The notes beneath the pieces were generated by a model. The model saw only the letters and a program-made list of their open reading frames with translations, was not told the DNA's origin and made no database searches. The position numbers and the translations under genes were made by a program. Below, piece by piece: positions 1 through 9,013 of a stretch of 33,406 nucleotides of DNA; the stretch's first letter is position 1; each line of letters begins with the position of its first letter. The DNA comes from Verrucomicrobiota bacterium (lineage in GTDB: Bacteria > Verrucomicrobiota > Verrucomicrobiia > Limisphaerales > AV2). The stretch covers positions 1 to 33,406 of the forward strand of contig QHPW01000170.1 of assembly GCA_003219675.1 (NCBI GenBank), in the 5' to 3' direction.

Positions 1-444
1 CAGGCGATCCAGATGCTTCAGACGCATGTTTCAGTCGGTTCGCAGGTTTTTTTGGGAGTTCTGGCAATCGTGGTCGCTCCGGTCACGGAAGAAATCCTGT
101 TCCGCGGCATCCTTTATCCCTTCGTGAAACAGCGGGGGTATCCAAAGGCGGCTCTGATCGGGTCGTCCATTTTGTTCGGCGCATTGCATTTGAATCTGAT
201 GACGTTCATGCCATTGACATTTCTGGGATTGATTCTGGCGTGGCTCTACGACGCGACCGATAACCTGGCGGCGCCCATCTTCGCCCACAGCCTGTTCAAC
301 TTCGATAATTTCCTGCAAGCGATTGTGAAAACTTCGAATTGGAATTGGATTCTTATTGATTGCGCCACTTTTGCCGCGGGCGGCTGTCTGGTGGGCCTGG
401 TGATTTTCTTCCGGCAGCACGGCGGGGAGAAATGGCGGAATTGA
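1..444 (+). CDS. CPBP-family intramembrane metalloprotease (CAAX protease-like), C-terminal part; the frame is open to the left window edge
   Basis: The frame of ORF 13..444 continues without a stop to nt 1. EEILFRG (EExxxR), FGALH (FxxxH) and HSLFNF (HxxxN) lie in hydrophobic segments and are the three CPBP signature motifs. Confidence 0.8.
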   Translation, partial: QAIQMLQTHVSVGSQVFLGVLAIVVAPVTEEILFRGILYPFVKQRGYPKAALIGSSILFGALHLNLMTFMPLTFLGLILAWLYDATDNLAAPIFAHSLFNFDNFLQAIVKTSNWNWILIDCATFAAGGCLVGLVIFFRQHGGEKWRN

Positions 445-451
445 CCGCCCG

Positions 452-1393
452 ATGATGACCGAATTCGAGTTGATCGCCCGCCTGACCCGGTCGCTTCCCA
501 CCAACACCAGCACGGTGGTCGGCGCCGGGGATGACTGCGCGTTGATCGATCTGGGACTTGCGGACCGGCTGGTGTTGTTCAAAACCGACGCTATTACAGA
601 GGGCATTCATTTCACAAAAACCGCCCCGCCGGAAAAAATCGGCCGCAAAGCCCTGGCCCGCAGCCTGAGTGACGTCGCGGCCATGGCCGGCACGCCGACG
701 CACGCGCTGGTCACGCTGGCGTTGCCGGACAATTTTGATTCCGGCTTTGTCGAGCGTATTTACGCCGGCCTGAGGGCGTTGGCCGATCAGCAGGGTATCG
801 CCATCGTCGGCGGTGAAACGACGAGGAATCCGGAGCGCATGCTCCTTTCGGTCTCAGTCCTGGGCACGGTGGAGAAGGGCAAATCCCCGTTGCGTTCCGG
901 CTCAACGCCCGGCGACGCCATCTTCGTCACCGGCGAACTGGGCGGGTCCTTGTCCGGCAAGCACCTCGATTTCGAGCCGAGACTGGCCGAAGCGCGATGG
1001 CTGGCGTCGCATTTTTCGATTCACGCGATGATTGACATCAGCGATGGTCTTGCCGGCGACCTGCGGCACATTCTGAAGGCGAGCCAGGTCGGGGCGGAGT
1101 TGCTCTCCGACGCAATTCCGATCAGCCGGGCTGCAGGATCAGCGGCGCGCGGGGCTTCCTCAGCCAGACCGCCTCTCCTGGCGGCGTTGACCGACGGCGA
1201 GGATTATGAGTTGTTGTTCGCCGTCGCCGCTCGTGAGGCCGCACCGTTGCTCGACGCTTGGAGAAAGCAATTTCCTGAACTGCGGCTGAGTTGCATCGGC
1301 AGGATCACCGCCGAACCCGGCCTGACCATTCGCGATAAGAAGGGAGTCCAGCCGCTTTCTGCTCATGGTTACGTACATTTCCAAAAGCCCTGA
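452..1393 (+). CDS. thiL: thiamine-monophosphate kinase
   Basis: 313-aa ORF with FELIARL..., GAGDDCALI, KTDAITEGIHF, VGGETT and DISDGLAGDL motifs, typical of the AIR-synthase-fold ThiL family. It starts 8 nt after the previous stop. Confidence 0.88.
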   Translation: MMTEFELIARLTRSLPTNTSTVVGAGDDCALIDLGLADRLVLFKTDAITEGIHFTKTAPPEKIGRKALARSLSDVAAMAGTPTHALVTLALPDNFDSGFVERIYAGLRALADQQGIAIVGGETTRNPERMLLSVSVLGTVEKGKSPLRSGSTPGDAIFVTGELGGSLSGKHLDFEPRLAEARWLASHFSIHAMIDISDGLAGDLRHILKASQVGAELLSDAIPISRAAGSAARGASSARPPLLAALTDGEDYELLFAVAAREAAPLLDAWRKQFPELRLSCIGRITAEPGLTIRDKKGVQPLSAHGYVHFQKP

Positions 1394-1802
1394 AGAAACC
1401 CTGGCACTCGGCGAGCAGTGGGGGCGGGAGGCGGAACCCGGCTGGGTCATCGGATTGACCGGCGATCTGGGCGCGGGAAAAACACAACTGGCCAAGGCCG
1501 TCGCCCGGGGTCTCGGGGTGACCGATTGCGTGCGCTCACCCACGTTCGCGCTGGTCAACGAATACCACAGCGGCCGCCTGCCGCTCTTTCACCTGGATCT
1601 GTTTCGGCTCGACTCTCGCGAGCAGATGGCCAGGGCAGGCCTTGAACCGTACTTCAATCCCTCGCCGGGCGTGGCGGTCATCGAATGGGCGGAAAGGTGG
1701 TTTGGCGAAGGATCGAATTTTCCGGCGCGTTATCGCCGTGTCAGCATGGAAACTCTGGGCGAAACCGAACGCCGCATTAGGTATGAAGATTTTGGCCCTT
1801 GA
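1365..1802 (+). CDS. tsaE: tRNA t6A37 threonylcarbamoyladenosine biosynthesis ATPase TsaE
   Basis: 145 aa with Walker A GDLGAGKT followed by SPTFALVNEY and HLDLFRL, the classical TsaE/YjeE pattern. It overlaps the thiL 3' end by 29 nt. Confidence 0.9.
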   Translation: MVTYISKSPEETLALGEQWGREAEPGWVIGLTGDLGAGKTQLAKAVARGLGVTDCVRSPTFALVNEYHSGRLPLFHLDLFRLDSREQMARAGLEPYFNPSPGVAVIEWAERWFGEGSNFPARYRRVSMETLGETERRIRYEDFGP

Positions 1803-2442
1803 ATTCTCTTCAGACCAAAGGAGCGTGGCCGTCGTTGACGAGGGCCGTCTCCGGGGACGGGCGCAGGAGACTGGCGCGCGCGCGAATCGGACGCTGAGTC
1901 TGGTTCAGACGGCATTGGGCGAAGCCCGGCTGGAGCGCGAGCAGATCGAGTGTTTGGCCATTGGATTGGGGCCGGGCTCTTACACCGGGATCCGCTCCGC
2001 AATCGCGCTGGCGCAAGGCTGGCAGTTGGCGCTCGGAACAAAAATGATCGGCGTCAACAGCTTCGAATGCCTGGCCGCCGGCGCGCAGCTGGACAATCTC
2101 CGGGGCCGCGTGAATCTCGTGATCGACGCGCAACGCGACGAATTCTACCTCGCCCGCTACAATGTGGAGGCGGCTGGTTATCAGCAGATAGAGCCGGTGC
2201 ACTTGGCCGGGATGAAAGAAGTGCTGGCCCACGCCGCTGCCGGCGAATGGATTGCCGGGCCGCAGGCAATCCACGGGCTCCCGCACGCCCGCATCCTCTT
2301 TCCCGATGCCGCGACGCTCGGTAAATTGGCCGCAACACGGAACGATTTCATCCCCGGTGAAATGCTGGAACCGATTTATCTGCGCGAACCCCGTTTCGTC
2401 AAAGCCACACCGCCGCGCATCGCTCTCCGTGAAGACCGATGA
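1783..2442 (+). CDS. tsaB: tRNA t6A37 threonylcarbamoyltransferase complex subunit TsaB
   Basis: The internal ATG at 1783 gives MKILALEFSSDQRSVAV... and contains GLGPGSYTGIRSAIALAQG, the TsaB/YeaZ motif. The longer ORF from 1642 would run through tsaE in another frame, so the 1783 start (20-nt overlap with tsaE) is preferred. Confidence 0.85.
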   Translation: MKILALEFSSDQRSVAVVDEGRLRGRAQETGARANRTLSLVQTALGEARLEREQIECLAIGLGPGSYTGIRSAIALAQGWQLALGTKMIGVNSFECLAAGAQLDNLRGRVNLVIDAQRDEFYLARYNVEAAGYQQIEPVHLAGMKEVLAHAAAGEWIAGPQAIHGLPHARILFPDAATLGKLAATRNDFIPGEMLEPIYLREPRFVKATPPRIALREDR

Positions 2443-2737
2443 TTGGGCCTTCGACAGTTGTGTGAAAGGCGAATCGTTTGTCCCGGCAGCCCAGCAATTG
2501 GACAGGTCCTGCCTACACTTCGCGCATGGGTTGCAGGTCATCAGCGGTGCGGGACTGTCCTCAAATCCCCCATGGCCCTCCTCAAACCACTTGAGTTACA
2601 AAAAGGCTCGCTTCAGGCCTCCAGAGCAGGTCATTTCGGGCTAATGGTGCGGACGGTCCAGCGACCGTGGCGGCGAAGCGGATGATTGTGCGCGCCGGGT
2701 CCCTATTGGCAGACCGTCTGCTACCTCTGTTTGACAC

Positions 2738-3223
2738 ATGTCGTTATGCCGTAAAAGTCGTTTAGGGGAGGTGAGGTTGGCGGGCCCGAACCGCCATGGA
2801 CCCTCCAGGACCGAATCAGCCTTCACAGTGGTTGAAGTGGTGATTGCGATTGCCATTGTGACGTTGGGTTTTGCCGGGATTCTTTCCTGTTATACCATTT
2901 CCGCACAACGGGCGGAATGGACCGGACAGTCCTTCGCCGCGCAATCGCTCGCTTCTCAAGGAGCCGAACAGGTGCGCGCCGCGAAGTGGGATCCTCAAGC
3001 ATGGCCGGTGGTCGATGAACTGCCTCCGACGAATTTTTCCACAGTCGAGCAAATGGATATCCCGCGTTCGGGCCGGCCGGTTTATGCGACGAATTACATC
3101 GCCATCACCGACATCTCGACGAACCCTCCATTGCGCCAGATCCGAGTCGATTGCGCCTGGATGTTTGCTTCGCGAAGGCCCTTTACAAACACCATGATCA
3201 CTTTTCGCGCTCCTGACCAATGA
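2738..3223 (+). CDS. prepilin-type N-terminal cleavage/methylation domain protein (pseudopilin/minor pilin); start uncertain
   Basis: N-terminal SAFTVVEVVIAIAIVTLGFAGIL resembles the G/FTLIE plus hydrophobic-helix class III signal but is non-canonical. GTG 2771 and TTG 2777, just after an AGGGGAG stretch, are alternative starts. First gene of a three-gene cluster. Confidence 0.65.
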   Translation: MSLCRKSRLGEVRLAGPNRHGPSRTESAFTVVEVVIAIAIVTLGFAGILSCYTISAQRAEWTGQSFAAQSLASQGAEQVRAAKWDPQAWPVVDELPPTNFSTVEQMDIPRSGRPVYATNYIAITDISTNPPLRQIRVDCAWMFASRRPFTNTMITFRAPDQ

Positions 3224-3828
3224 GATTTTTCGTTTTCAACTCTTCCGGAAGCGGCCCCGCCACGCGGGTTCGAGCCGGCTTCACTCTGCCGGAGATCATG
3301 GTTGCCATGGCGCTGTTTTCCCTGGTGGTCATCGGCGCCGTTTACACCCACCTCTTTGGCATGCGTCTGTATCGCATCACCGAGTCGAAATTGTCCTCTA
3401 CCGACAACGCGCGCTCCGCGGTGAATCGCGTAAGCGACGAAATCCGCGCCGCGAAAATGGTTGAAATCGGCAACGGCAACAGCGCCTCCTTCTCCGTGAT
3501 CGCCGACAATCTCCCGCAAATCGGCAACGCGCTGCAGGTTTATGCGAGCACAAACACGAACAGTTTTGTGCGCTACTTCATGGACCCGAAAGAAAGCGCC
3601 CTTAAGAGTATGCCCAGCGGCTCGAGCGCAGCCACTGTGGTCGCCAGTTTTGTGACCAATGCTCTGGTGTTTCGCGCGGAGGATTTTCTCGGGAATGTCC
3701 TGACCAACAACCAGGATAACCGCGTGATCAAAATGACCCTCGAGTTCTACCAGTTGCAATATCCCATCGTCCGGATCGGGCCGGGCTATCTGTACGATTA
3801 TTACATTACGCGGCGGGCCATTGAGTAA
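3220..3828 (+). CDS. prepilin-type N-terminal cleavage/methylation domain protein (GspJ/PulJ-like pseudopilin)
   Basis: Canonical RAGFTLPEIMVAMALFSLVVIGAV motif. The start ATG overlaps the upstream stop (ATGA at 3220-3223), indicating translational coupling. Confidence 0.75.
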   Translation: MRFFVFNSSGSGPATRVRAGFTLPEIMVAMALFSLVVIGAVYTHLFGMRLYRITESKLSSTDNARSAVNRVSDEIRAAKMVEIGNGNSASFSVIADNLPQIGNALQVYASTNTNSFVRYFMDPKESALKSMPSGSSAATVVASFVTNALVFRAEDFLGNVLTNNQDNRVIKMTLEFYQLQYPIVRIGPGYLYDYYITRRAIE

Positions 3829-3843
3829 AGAAAGAAAGACGCT

Positions 3844-5586
3844 ATGAAAATCCTTCCCTGTTCCTCGAACCGGCCCTCGTCCGGTTATGCGCTGGTGTTG
3901 GTCCTGACATTCCTGGGAATCAGCCTCGTGATTCTGAGCGGGGCATTGAAGTGGACTTCCACCTCCGCGCTGGTGACACAACGCCGCAACCAATACAGCA
4001 GCAGCCTCGCCGTGGCCGAGGCGGCCACCGAGACGGTCATCGCCCGGATGGTCCGCGACTTTCAGTACCAGGGCGTGAATACGAATCTGAGCGTGTACAG
4101 GGTTCTGACACCCGGCGCGTTCGTGACCAATGGTTGGGCGGGTAATTATGAATTCACCGACGCCCAGGGCAACGCGAATCAGACTTTCGTGACGAGCACC
4201 GGGCCCTCGGCCATGACCAATTTGAACTCCCAATTCGCCGGATTGTACGGCCTGGTCTCGCCCTATCGGGTCGTTTCCAACGCCAGGGAAAAAAACACGC
4301 CTTACGACATTGTAGCCGCCGTTAAGCAGGACTTTCAGCTGGCATTGATCCCCATTTTTCAATTCGCAATTTTTTATTCAATCGACCTCGAAATCTGCCC
4401 CGGCCCGGTGATGACCGTGACCGGCAAAGTTCACGGAAACGCGGACCTGTATGTGGCGCCGGTGAACGGCCTTCAGTTCAACGATGCAGTCACCGCGGTT
4501 AGCAACATTTACACTCATCGCGATCCGGATGATCCACAGGCCGCTTTCGCGACCTCGGTGCCGCCGGTTTACCAGGCGCAGCACAAAGCGCACGTCAGCG
4601 CCCTGACCTTGCCGATCGGCACCAACAACAGTCCGACCGAAGTCCGGCGCATCCTCGACGTGCCGCCGGCGGGTGAAGACCCAAGGTCGCCGATGGGTAA
4701 GCAACGCTACTTCAACAAGACGGATTTGATTGTCCAGGTCAGCGACTCCGGCGTCGCGGTCAGGACCGGCCAGTGGAACACCTTTGTGCTCGTTCCCTAC
4801 AACAGCACCAACGGCTATTCTTTCGTCCGAACCAACATCTCCTTCTTTGATACGCGGGAGAACAAATGGACGTTGGGCACAGAACTGGATGTCGCCGCCT
4901 TGAGGCTATGGATGAGTTCGGCCGGCGCGTCGTTCAATGCCCAGGCGGTTTCAAAAATGGGCCATCAACTCAATTCGGTCTATGTCGATGATGGGCGTTC
5001 CCGCGCGGGCAAGCTCACCGTCGTTCGCGTGGTCAACGGCCAGATATTGCCTCCTTCAGGTCTGACCGTCGCCACGAAACTGCCGCTCTATGTCAAAGGC
5101 CATTTCAATGCTCCCAACACCACTCCCGGTTTGACCGACACCTCTGCCACGCGTCCTTCTTCGCTGGTCGGCGATGCCATCACCGTGCTTTCCCCGAACT
5201 GGTCTGACGCGAACAGCAACAAGTCCCTGAACCAGCGCGGCGCAGCCAGCGGAACGGTCAATGCCGCCTTTCTCAGCGGCATTGTTCAAAGCACCCATGT
5301 CGGCGCGCAAAAATATTACAGTGGCGGCGTGGAAAATTTTCCGCGCTTTCTGGAGGACTGGGACGGAAAAACGCTGACCTACAACGGGTCAATGGTCGTC
5401 ATGTTCGAAAGCCAATACGGGAAGACTTTCTGGCAGCAGCCCGGAAACTACTACAACCCGCCGGTTCGTAAATGGGCTTTCGATCTGAACTTCCTGGATC
5501 CCCGTAAACTTCCTCCCGGCACTCCTCAGGTTGAAAAACTGGTCCGCGGTCAGTGGGAAGTCGTTGCCGCGAACACGGTCAACTGA
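3844..5586 (+). CDS. large PilX-N-like pilus or pseudopilus-associated protein
   Basis: 580 aa. The N-terminal SGYALVLVLTFLGISLVILSGAL followed by QRRNQYSSSLAVAEAATE resembles the PilX N-terminal domain pattern. It lies 15 nt after the second pseudopilin gene. The remainder is Asn/Thr-rich and looks secreted. Confidence 0.6.
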   Translation: MKILPCSSNRPSSGYALVLVLTFLGISLVILSGALKWTSTSALVTQRRNQYSSSLAVAEAATETVIARMVRDFQYQGVNTNLSVYRVLTPGAFVTNGWAGNYEFTDAQGNANQTFVTSTGPSAMTNLNSQFAGLYGLVSPYRVVSNAREKNTPYDIVAAVKQDFQLALIPIFQFAIFYSIDLEICPGPVMTVTGKVHGNADLYVAPVNGLQFNDAVTAVSNIYTHRDPDDPQAAFATSVPPVYQAQHKAHVSALTLPIGTNNSPTEVRRILDVPPAGEDPRSPMGKQRYFNKTDLIVQVSDSGVAVRTGQWNTFVLVPYNSTNGYSFVRTNISFFDTRENKWTLGTELDVAALRLWMSSAGASFNAQAVSKMGHQLNSVYVDDGRSRAGKLTVVRVVNGQILPPSGLTVATKLPLYVKGHFNAPNTTPGLTDTSATRPSSLVGDAITVLSPNWSDANSNKSLNQRGAASGTVNAAFLSGIVQSTHVGAQKYYSGGVENFPRFLEDWDGKTLTYNGSMVVMFESQYGKTFWQQPGNYYNPPVRKWAFDLNFLDPRKLPPGTPQVEKLVRGQWEVVAANTVN

Positions 5587-5640
5587 ACGCGTGCGTCTTG
5601 GCGGAAGCGGCACGCCCATCGGTTTTGACGTGAGTTGGGA

Positions 5641-5732
5641 CCATGAACGGTGGGGCGAGACTCCGTCGAGCCCTGATCTCCCAAGAACATAGATTAGGGC
5701 TCGACGGAGTCTCGCCCCACCTCGTTTCATGG
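5641..5732. repeat. palindromic repeat family R1 (core GGTGGGGCGAGACTCCGTCGAGCCCTGAT), copy 1
   Basis: Near-perfect inverted arms at 5641-5678 and 5692-5732, bracketed by CCATGAA/TTCATGG. The same element recurs at 8900-8990 and 10758-10842, with a degenerate copy at 20097-20164. Confidence 0.9.
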
Positions 5733-5797
5733 CATTCGGCTTGGCTCTTTTCATCTTTCCCGTTGCGGTTTCCAACCGGGGCATGTGAAATCAATCC

Positions 5798-6940
5798 GTG
5801 AAACACTGCTTCCGTTGCTGGGCCGAGGTTGATCTCGACGCATTGCGCGGGAACCTCGCCTGGATACGTCATCGCGTCGGCCCGCAAGTGAAGATCATGA
5901 CCGTGGTCAAAGCCGACGCCTACGGTCACGGATTGAAACAGATCGCCGCGCTCCTGATGCAAAACGGCACCGACCTCTTCGGTGTGGCGAACCTGGCCGA
6001 GGCGCGTGCCATTCACAGCGTCGGCCAGGGCTGGCCGGTCCTCATGCTGGGCGCCTGCTTGCCGGACGAGGCCGAGCTGACGGTTCTGGATGGCGTGATC
6101 CCGACGATTTCCACGTTGCAAGAGGCCAAACGATTTTCACAAGCGGCGAGCCGATTAAACAGACCGACGCGCGTTCACATCAAGGTGGACACCGGCATGG
6201 GAAGGCTCGGTGTGTCCGTGAGAAAGGCGCGCGAACTCATTGTCCAGGTGAATCGTTTGCCGGGCCTGAAGCTCGAAGGGATTTACACCCATTATGCATC
6301 GGTTGAAGACGACCTCGAATTCTCGCGCGCGCAACGAAAGCGGTTTCAAACGCTTCTCGACCGGCTCGAAGTCGAAGGCATGGCCATCCCCATGATTCAC
6401 GCCAACAACAGCGGCGCGTTGCTGCACGAACCCGGCACCTTGTTCAATCTGGTGCGGCCGGGTCTGCTGGTTTACGGGGTCGCGCCGCCCGGCAAACGGC
6501 GCCTGGCCTCCACCTTGCAAAAACATCTCCACGCCGCCCTGGCGCTCAAGTGCCGCGTCAGTCTGGTGAAGGAAATCCCGCGTGGCACGCCGTTGAGTTA
6601 TGGCCGCATGTTTGTCGCGCGGACAAAAATGCGTGTCGCGACGCTGACGGCCGGCTACGGCGACGGCTACCTGCGCGCGTGCAGCAATCGGGCCCGGGTT
6701 TTGATCGACGGGAAACGCTGCCCCGTGTTGGGTCGTGTGACGATGGATCAAATGATTGCGGACGTTTCACGAGTGCCAGGCGTCAAGCCCGGGGACGAGG
6801 TGGTGTTGATTGGCCGACAGCGTGGCGACGAAATCTCGGTCAACGAACTGGCTGGGTGGTGCGACACCATTCCGTGGGAAGTGCTCACCAGCATTTCGTA
6901 CCGCGTGCCGCGGATTTATCGGGGAAGCCAGGCGGCGTAG
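5798..6940 (+). CDS. alr: alanine racemase
   Basis: 380 aa with a GTG start. It has the VVKADAYGHG PLP-lysine motif, plus ANNSGA, GYGDGY and VTMDQ motifs that are characteristic of Alr. Confidence 0.92.
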   Translation: MKHCFRCWAEVDLDALRGNLAWIRHRVGPQVKIMTVVKADAYGHGLKQIAALLMQNGTDLFGVANLAEARAIHSVGQGWPVLMLGACLPDEAELTVLDGVIPTISTLQEAKRFSQAASRLNRPTRVHIKVDTGMGRLGVSVRKARELIVQVNRLPGLKLEGIYTHYASVEDDLEFSRAQRKRFQTLLDRLEVEGMAIPMIHANNSGALLHEPGTLFNLVRPGLLVYGVAPPGKRRLASTLQKHLHAALALKCRVSLVKEIPRGTPLSYGRMFVARTKMRVATLTAGYGDGYLRACSNRARVLIDGKRCPVLGRVTMDQMIADVSRVPGVKPGDEVVLIGRQRGDEISVNELAGWCDTIPWEVLTSISYRVPRIYRGSQAA

Positions 6941-7022
6941 CAGCGAATGACGGTGTCAGAGTGGCGGGCGACCATTTGCGGCCGAGCCGTGTTGTGCCGC
7001 GGCGGAAGTGGACCGCTCTTTT

Positions 7023-7123
7023 GGGGAGCGCACGCGGCTCGCGTGCGCCGCGAATCGGCTCGATTCGCGCAGATTTCGGCGAACGAGCCGCCCGCCAAAG
7101 CACGCCGGCGACGTGCGCTCCCC
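7023..7123. terminator. nested GC-rich hairpins in the convergent alr / small-membrane-protein intergenic region (possible bidirectional terminator)
   Basis: Two adjacent perfect hairpins share a GCT loop: GCGCACGCG-GCT-CGCGTGCGC (7028-7048) and GCGAATCG-GCT-CGATTCGC (7050-7068). A 12-nt long-range complement GGGGAGCGCACG (7023-7034) / CGTGCGCTCCCC (7112-7123) encloses them. No U-tract follows. Confidence 0.3.
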
Positions 7124-7139
7124 ATTTGCGAGACTGGTT

Positions 7140-7367
7140 CTAATCTCCCCAACCTTGATTGTTCTCGTCTGTCCAGCCCGGTTTCTCGGGCGGCTCCTCG
7201 GTGATCAAACCGTAGAGCATAAGTCCCAGAATTGGCACCAGCAAAACTGCCGACCAACAGAGCCGTGAGGCCAGGCTCGTGCGCGAACTTGTTCGCCACA
7301 GTTTGGCGATTACCACCAAAGCCACCAATTCAAGAGCCGCCAAAATGGTGATCGCTGCCACTTTCAT
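7140..7367 (-). CDS. small two-TM membrane protein (PLD-nuclease N-terminal-like)
   Basis: The internal ATG at 7367 gives a 75-aa protein, MKVAAITILAALELVALVVIAKLW...SAVLLVPILGLMLYGLI. The upstream part of ORF 7140..7724 is Arg/Pro-rich and runs through repeat R2, so it is treated as non-coding. Confidence 0.55.
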   Translation of the reverse strand: MKVAAITILAALELVALVVIAKLWRTSSRTSLASRLCWSAVLLVPILGLMLYGLITEEPPEKPGWTDENNQGWGD

Positions 7368-7486
7368 GAGTTTAGCCGCGTAATGTCGCCGAACCGGTGA
7401 CCCACATCGTTTTGCACGGAGAATCATATCGCGGCGTTGGAGTCCGGTCAACGCGAAGGGCTGTCGCTCGCGAAAGCCAGGGCGCA

Positions 7487-7610
7487 TCTTGACACTCCAC
7501 CGGAGCGCCGGCCTCCGGTCCGGCAGCATTGCCCGATCCTGCGCCGGAACCGCCGGATCGGAGACCGGCGCTCCGCCTGCGGGTGCCCACGTTGGCGGCA
7601 GTGTCAAGAT
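7487..7610. repeat. ~125-bp inverted-repeat element family R2 (termini TCTTGACACTSC...GGCAGTGTCAAGA), copy A
   Basis: The reverse complement of 7487-7610 aligns almost base for base with 9726-9850. The termini are inverted repeats containing TTGACA, and the interior has GGAGCGCCGG / CCGGCGCTCC complementary blocks. Confidence 0.9.
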
Positions 7611-7662
7611 ACGCCCATCGAGCGGACTGAAACCTCTGGCGTGTCGAGTCCTGCGCCAATGA

Positions 7663-7685
7663 GCTGGACGCGGGGCGCGTCCAGC
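7663..7685. repeat. short hairpin repeat R4 (GCTGGACGCG-GGG-CGCGTCCAGC)
   Basis: Perfect 10-bp stem. The same hairpin, with an upstream CGCCAATG box, recurs at 11655-11677. Confidence 0.8.
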
Positions 7686-7766
7686 AACGCCCCGGCCAGC
7701 CGTGCTCTGCCCCGAACGTTGCAATCGACATTGAATGCTTCGCAGCGCATCCGCTAACGTGGGGGA

Positions 7767-8870
7767 GTGAAAGCCGCCATTCTACACGGCAAGGAGCAAA
7801 TCAAAATCGAGGAGTTAACCCCGCGTTCCCTCGAACCTGGCGAGGTGCGAATCGATATTCAGGCGGCGCTCACCTGCGGGACGGATTTGAAGGTCTTCAA
7901 ACGCGGTTACCACGCGAAAATGATCGCGCCTCCCGCGGTCTTCGGCCACGAACTGGCCGGTGTCATCAGCGAAGTTGGTGCGCCCCTCACTCCGTCCCTC
8001 TCCCCATCGGATGGGGAGAGGGTGGCTGCTCAACCGGGTGAGCGGTTGTCGGTCGGACCGGGCGAGTGGCACGTCGGCGACCGTGTCGCGGTTGCCAATT
8101 CCGCGCCGTGCGGCGATTGCTTTTTTTGCGGACAAAACCAGGAGAATCTGTGCGATGACCTGCTTTTTCTCAATGGAGCTTATGCGGAGTCCATCGTCGT
8201 GCCGGCGCGGCTGGCGCAAAAAAATCTGTTGCGCCTCAAACCCGGAACGGATTTTCGCGACGCCGCGCTGACCGAACCGCTCGGATGCGTCGTGCAAGGG
8301 ATCGAGGATTTGAAACTGCGCGCCGGCCAACGCCTGCTCGTCATCGGTTCCGGGCCGATTGGCTTGATGTTTGTTGCGGTGGCGAAACATCTGGGCTGCA
8401 CGGTCTCTTTGGCCGGGCGCGGTGACAATCGCCTGAAAAAAGCCCGCCAACTTGGCGCAGCCACGGTCATTGATGCGGCCAACCCATCCGACCTGGCCGA
8501 AGCGGTCCTGAAAGAATCCAGGGCGAGCTTCGACGTTGTCATCGAAGCCGTGGGCAAGCCGGAGACGTGGGAAGCCGCGGTGCAATGGGTCCGCAAAGGA
8601 GGTGCAGTGAATTTCTTTGGCGGCTGTCCCTCCGGTTCCACGGTTTCACTCGACACCGCGCGCATCCACTATTCCGGCCTCACGTTGCTCGCGAGCTTCC
8701 ATCATACACCACGAACGATTCGCCGCGCGCTGGAGTTGATTGAGTCGGGCATTATCAAAGCGGCCGATTTCGTGGACGGCGAATGCCCGTTGAGCGAACT
8801 GCCGCAGTTGTTTCAGTCCATGGCCGCAGGCAACCGCGCCGTGAAGACGCTGGTTCGCGTTCATGAATGA
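7767..8870 (+). CDS. zinc-dependent alcohol/polyol dehydrogenase (MDR family)
   Basis: 367 aa with a GTG start after GGGGGAG. It has CGTDLKV and GHELAGVISEVG catalytic-Zn motifs, the CGDCFFCGQNQENLC structural-Zn lobe and a GSGPIGL Rossmann motif. It carries an in-frame repeat-derived insert at about 7980-8066. Confidence 0.85.
   Translation: MKAAILHGKEQIKIEELTPRSLEPGEVRIDIQAALTCGTDLKVFKRGYHAKMIAPPAVFGHELAGVISEVGAPLTPSLSPSDGERVAAQPGERLSVGPGEWHVGDRVAVANSAPCGDCFFCGQNQENLCDDLLFLNGAYAESIVVPARLAQKNLLRLKPGTDFRDAALTEPLGCVVQGIEDLKLRAGQRLLVIGSGPIGLMFVAVAKHLGCTVSLAGRGDNRLKKARQLGAATVIDAANPSDLAEAVLKESRASFDVVIEAVGKPETWEAAVQWVRKGGAVNFFGGCPSGSTVSLDTARIHYSGLTLLASFHHTPRTIRRALELIESGIIKAADFVDGECPLSELPQLFQSMAAGNRAVKTLVRVHE
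7996..8022. repeat. palindromic repeat R5 (CCCTCTCCCC-ATCGGAT-GGGGAGAGGG) inside the dehydrogenase CDS
   Basis: Perfect 10-bp arms that translate as LSPSDGER. A degenerate relative lies at about 13905-13950 inside the LuxE-like CDS. Confidence 0.75.
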
Positions 8871-8899
8871 TGATCTTCGGAATCGGCAGCGCCGCGGGG

Positions 8900-8990
8900 C
8901 CATGAATGGTGGGGCGAGACTCCGTCGAGCCCTGATCCTGGAACGAAAGAAATCAGGGCTCGACGGAGTCTCGCCCCACCCGGCTCAAGG
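8900..8990. repeat. palindromic repeat family R1, copy 2
   Basis: CCATGAATGGTGGGGCGAGACTCCGTCGAGCCCTGATC ... GATCAGGGCTCGACGGAGTCTCGCCCCACC. Begins 30 nt after the dehydrogenase stop. Confidence 0.9.
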
Positions 8991-9013
8991 GAATGGAAAA
9001 GCATCCGGGCGAA

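Noticed and set aside
3094-4362. Long antisense ORFs opposite well-supported genes. Examples are 3094..4362(-), 15648..17219(-), 30771..32441(+), 20209..21120(+), 21069..21998(-), 1810..2541(-) and 7815..8585(-).
   Set aside because: They are Arg/Gly/Pro/His-rich with no motifs and lie entirely opposite genes with strong family signatures. They are typical shadow ORFs of high-GC DNA.
7487-7492. TTGACA hexamers at the R2 termini, considered as functional -35 boxes.
   Set aside because: No acceptable -10 element lies at 16-18 nt spacing in either copy. This is kept only as a speculative remark in the findings and is not annotated as a promoter.
7368-7724. Upstream extension of ORF 7140..7724(-), and ORFs 7372..7731(-) and 7437..7757(+).
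   Set aside because: These frames are read out of repeats R2 and R4 (peptides such as PDRRPALR and EAGAPV). The same pseudo-peptides reappear wherever the repeat occurs, so they are repeat translations, not genes.
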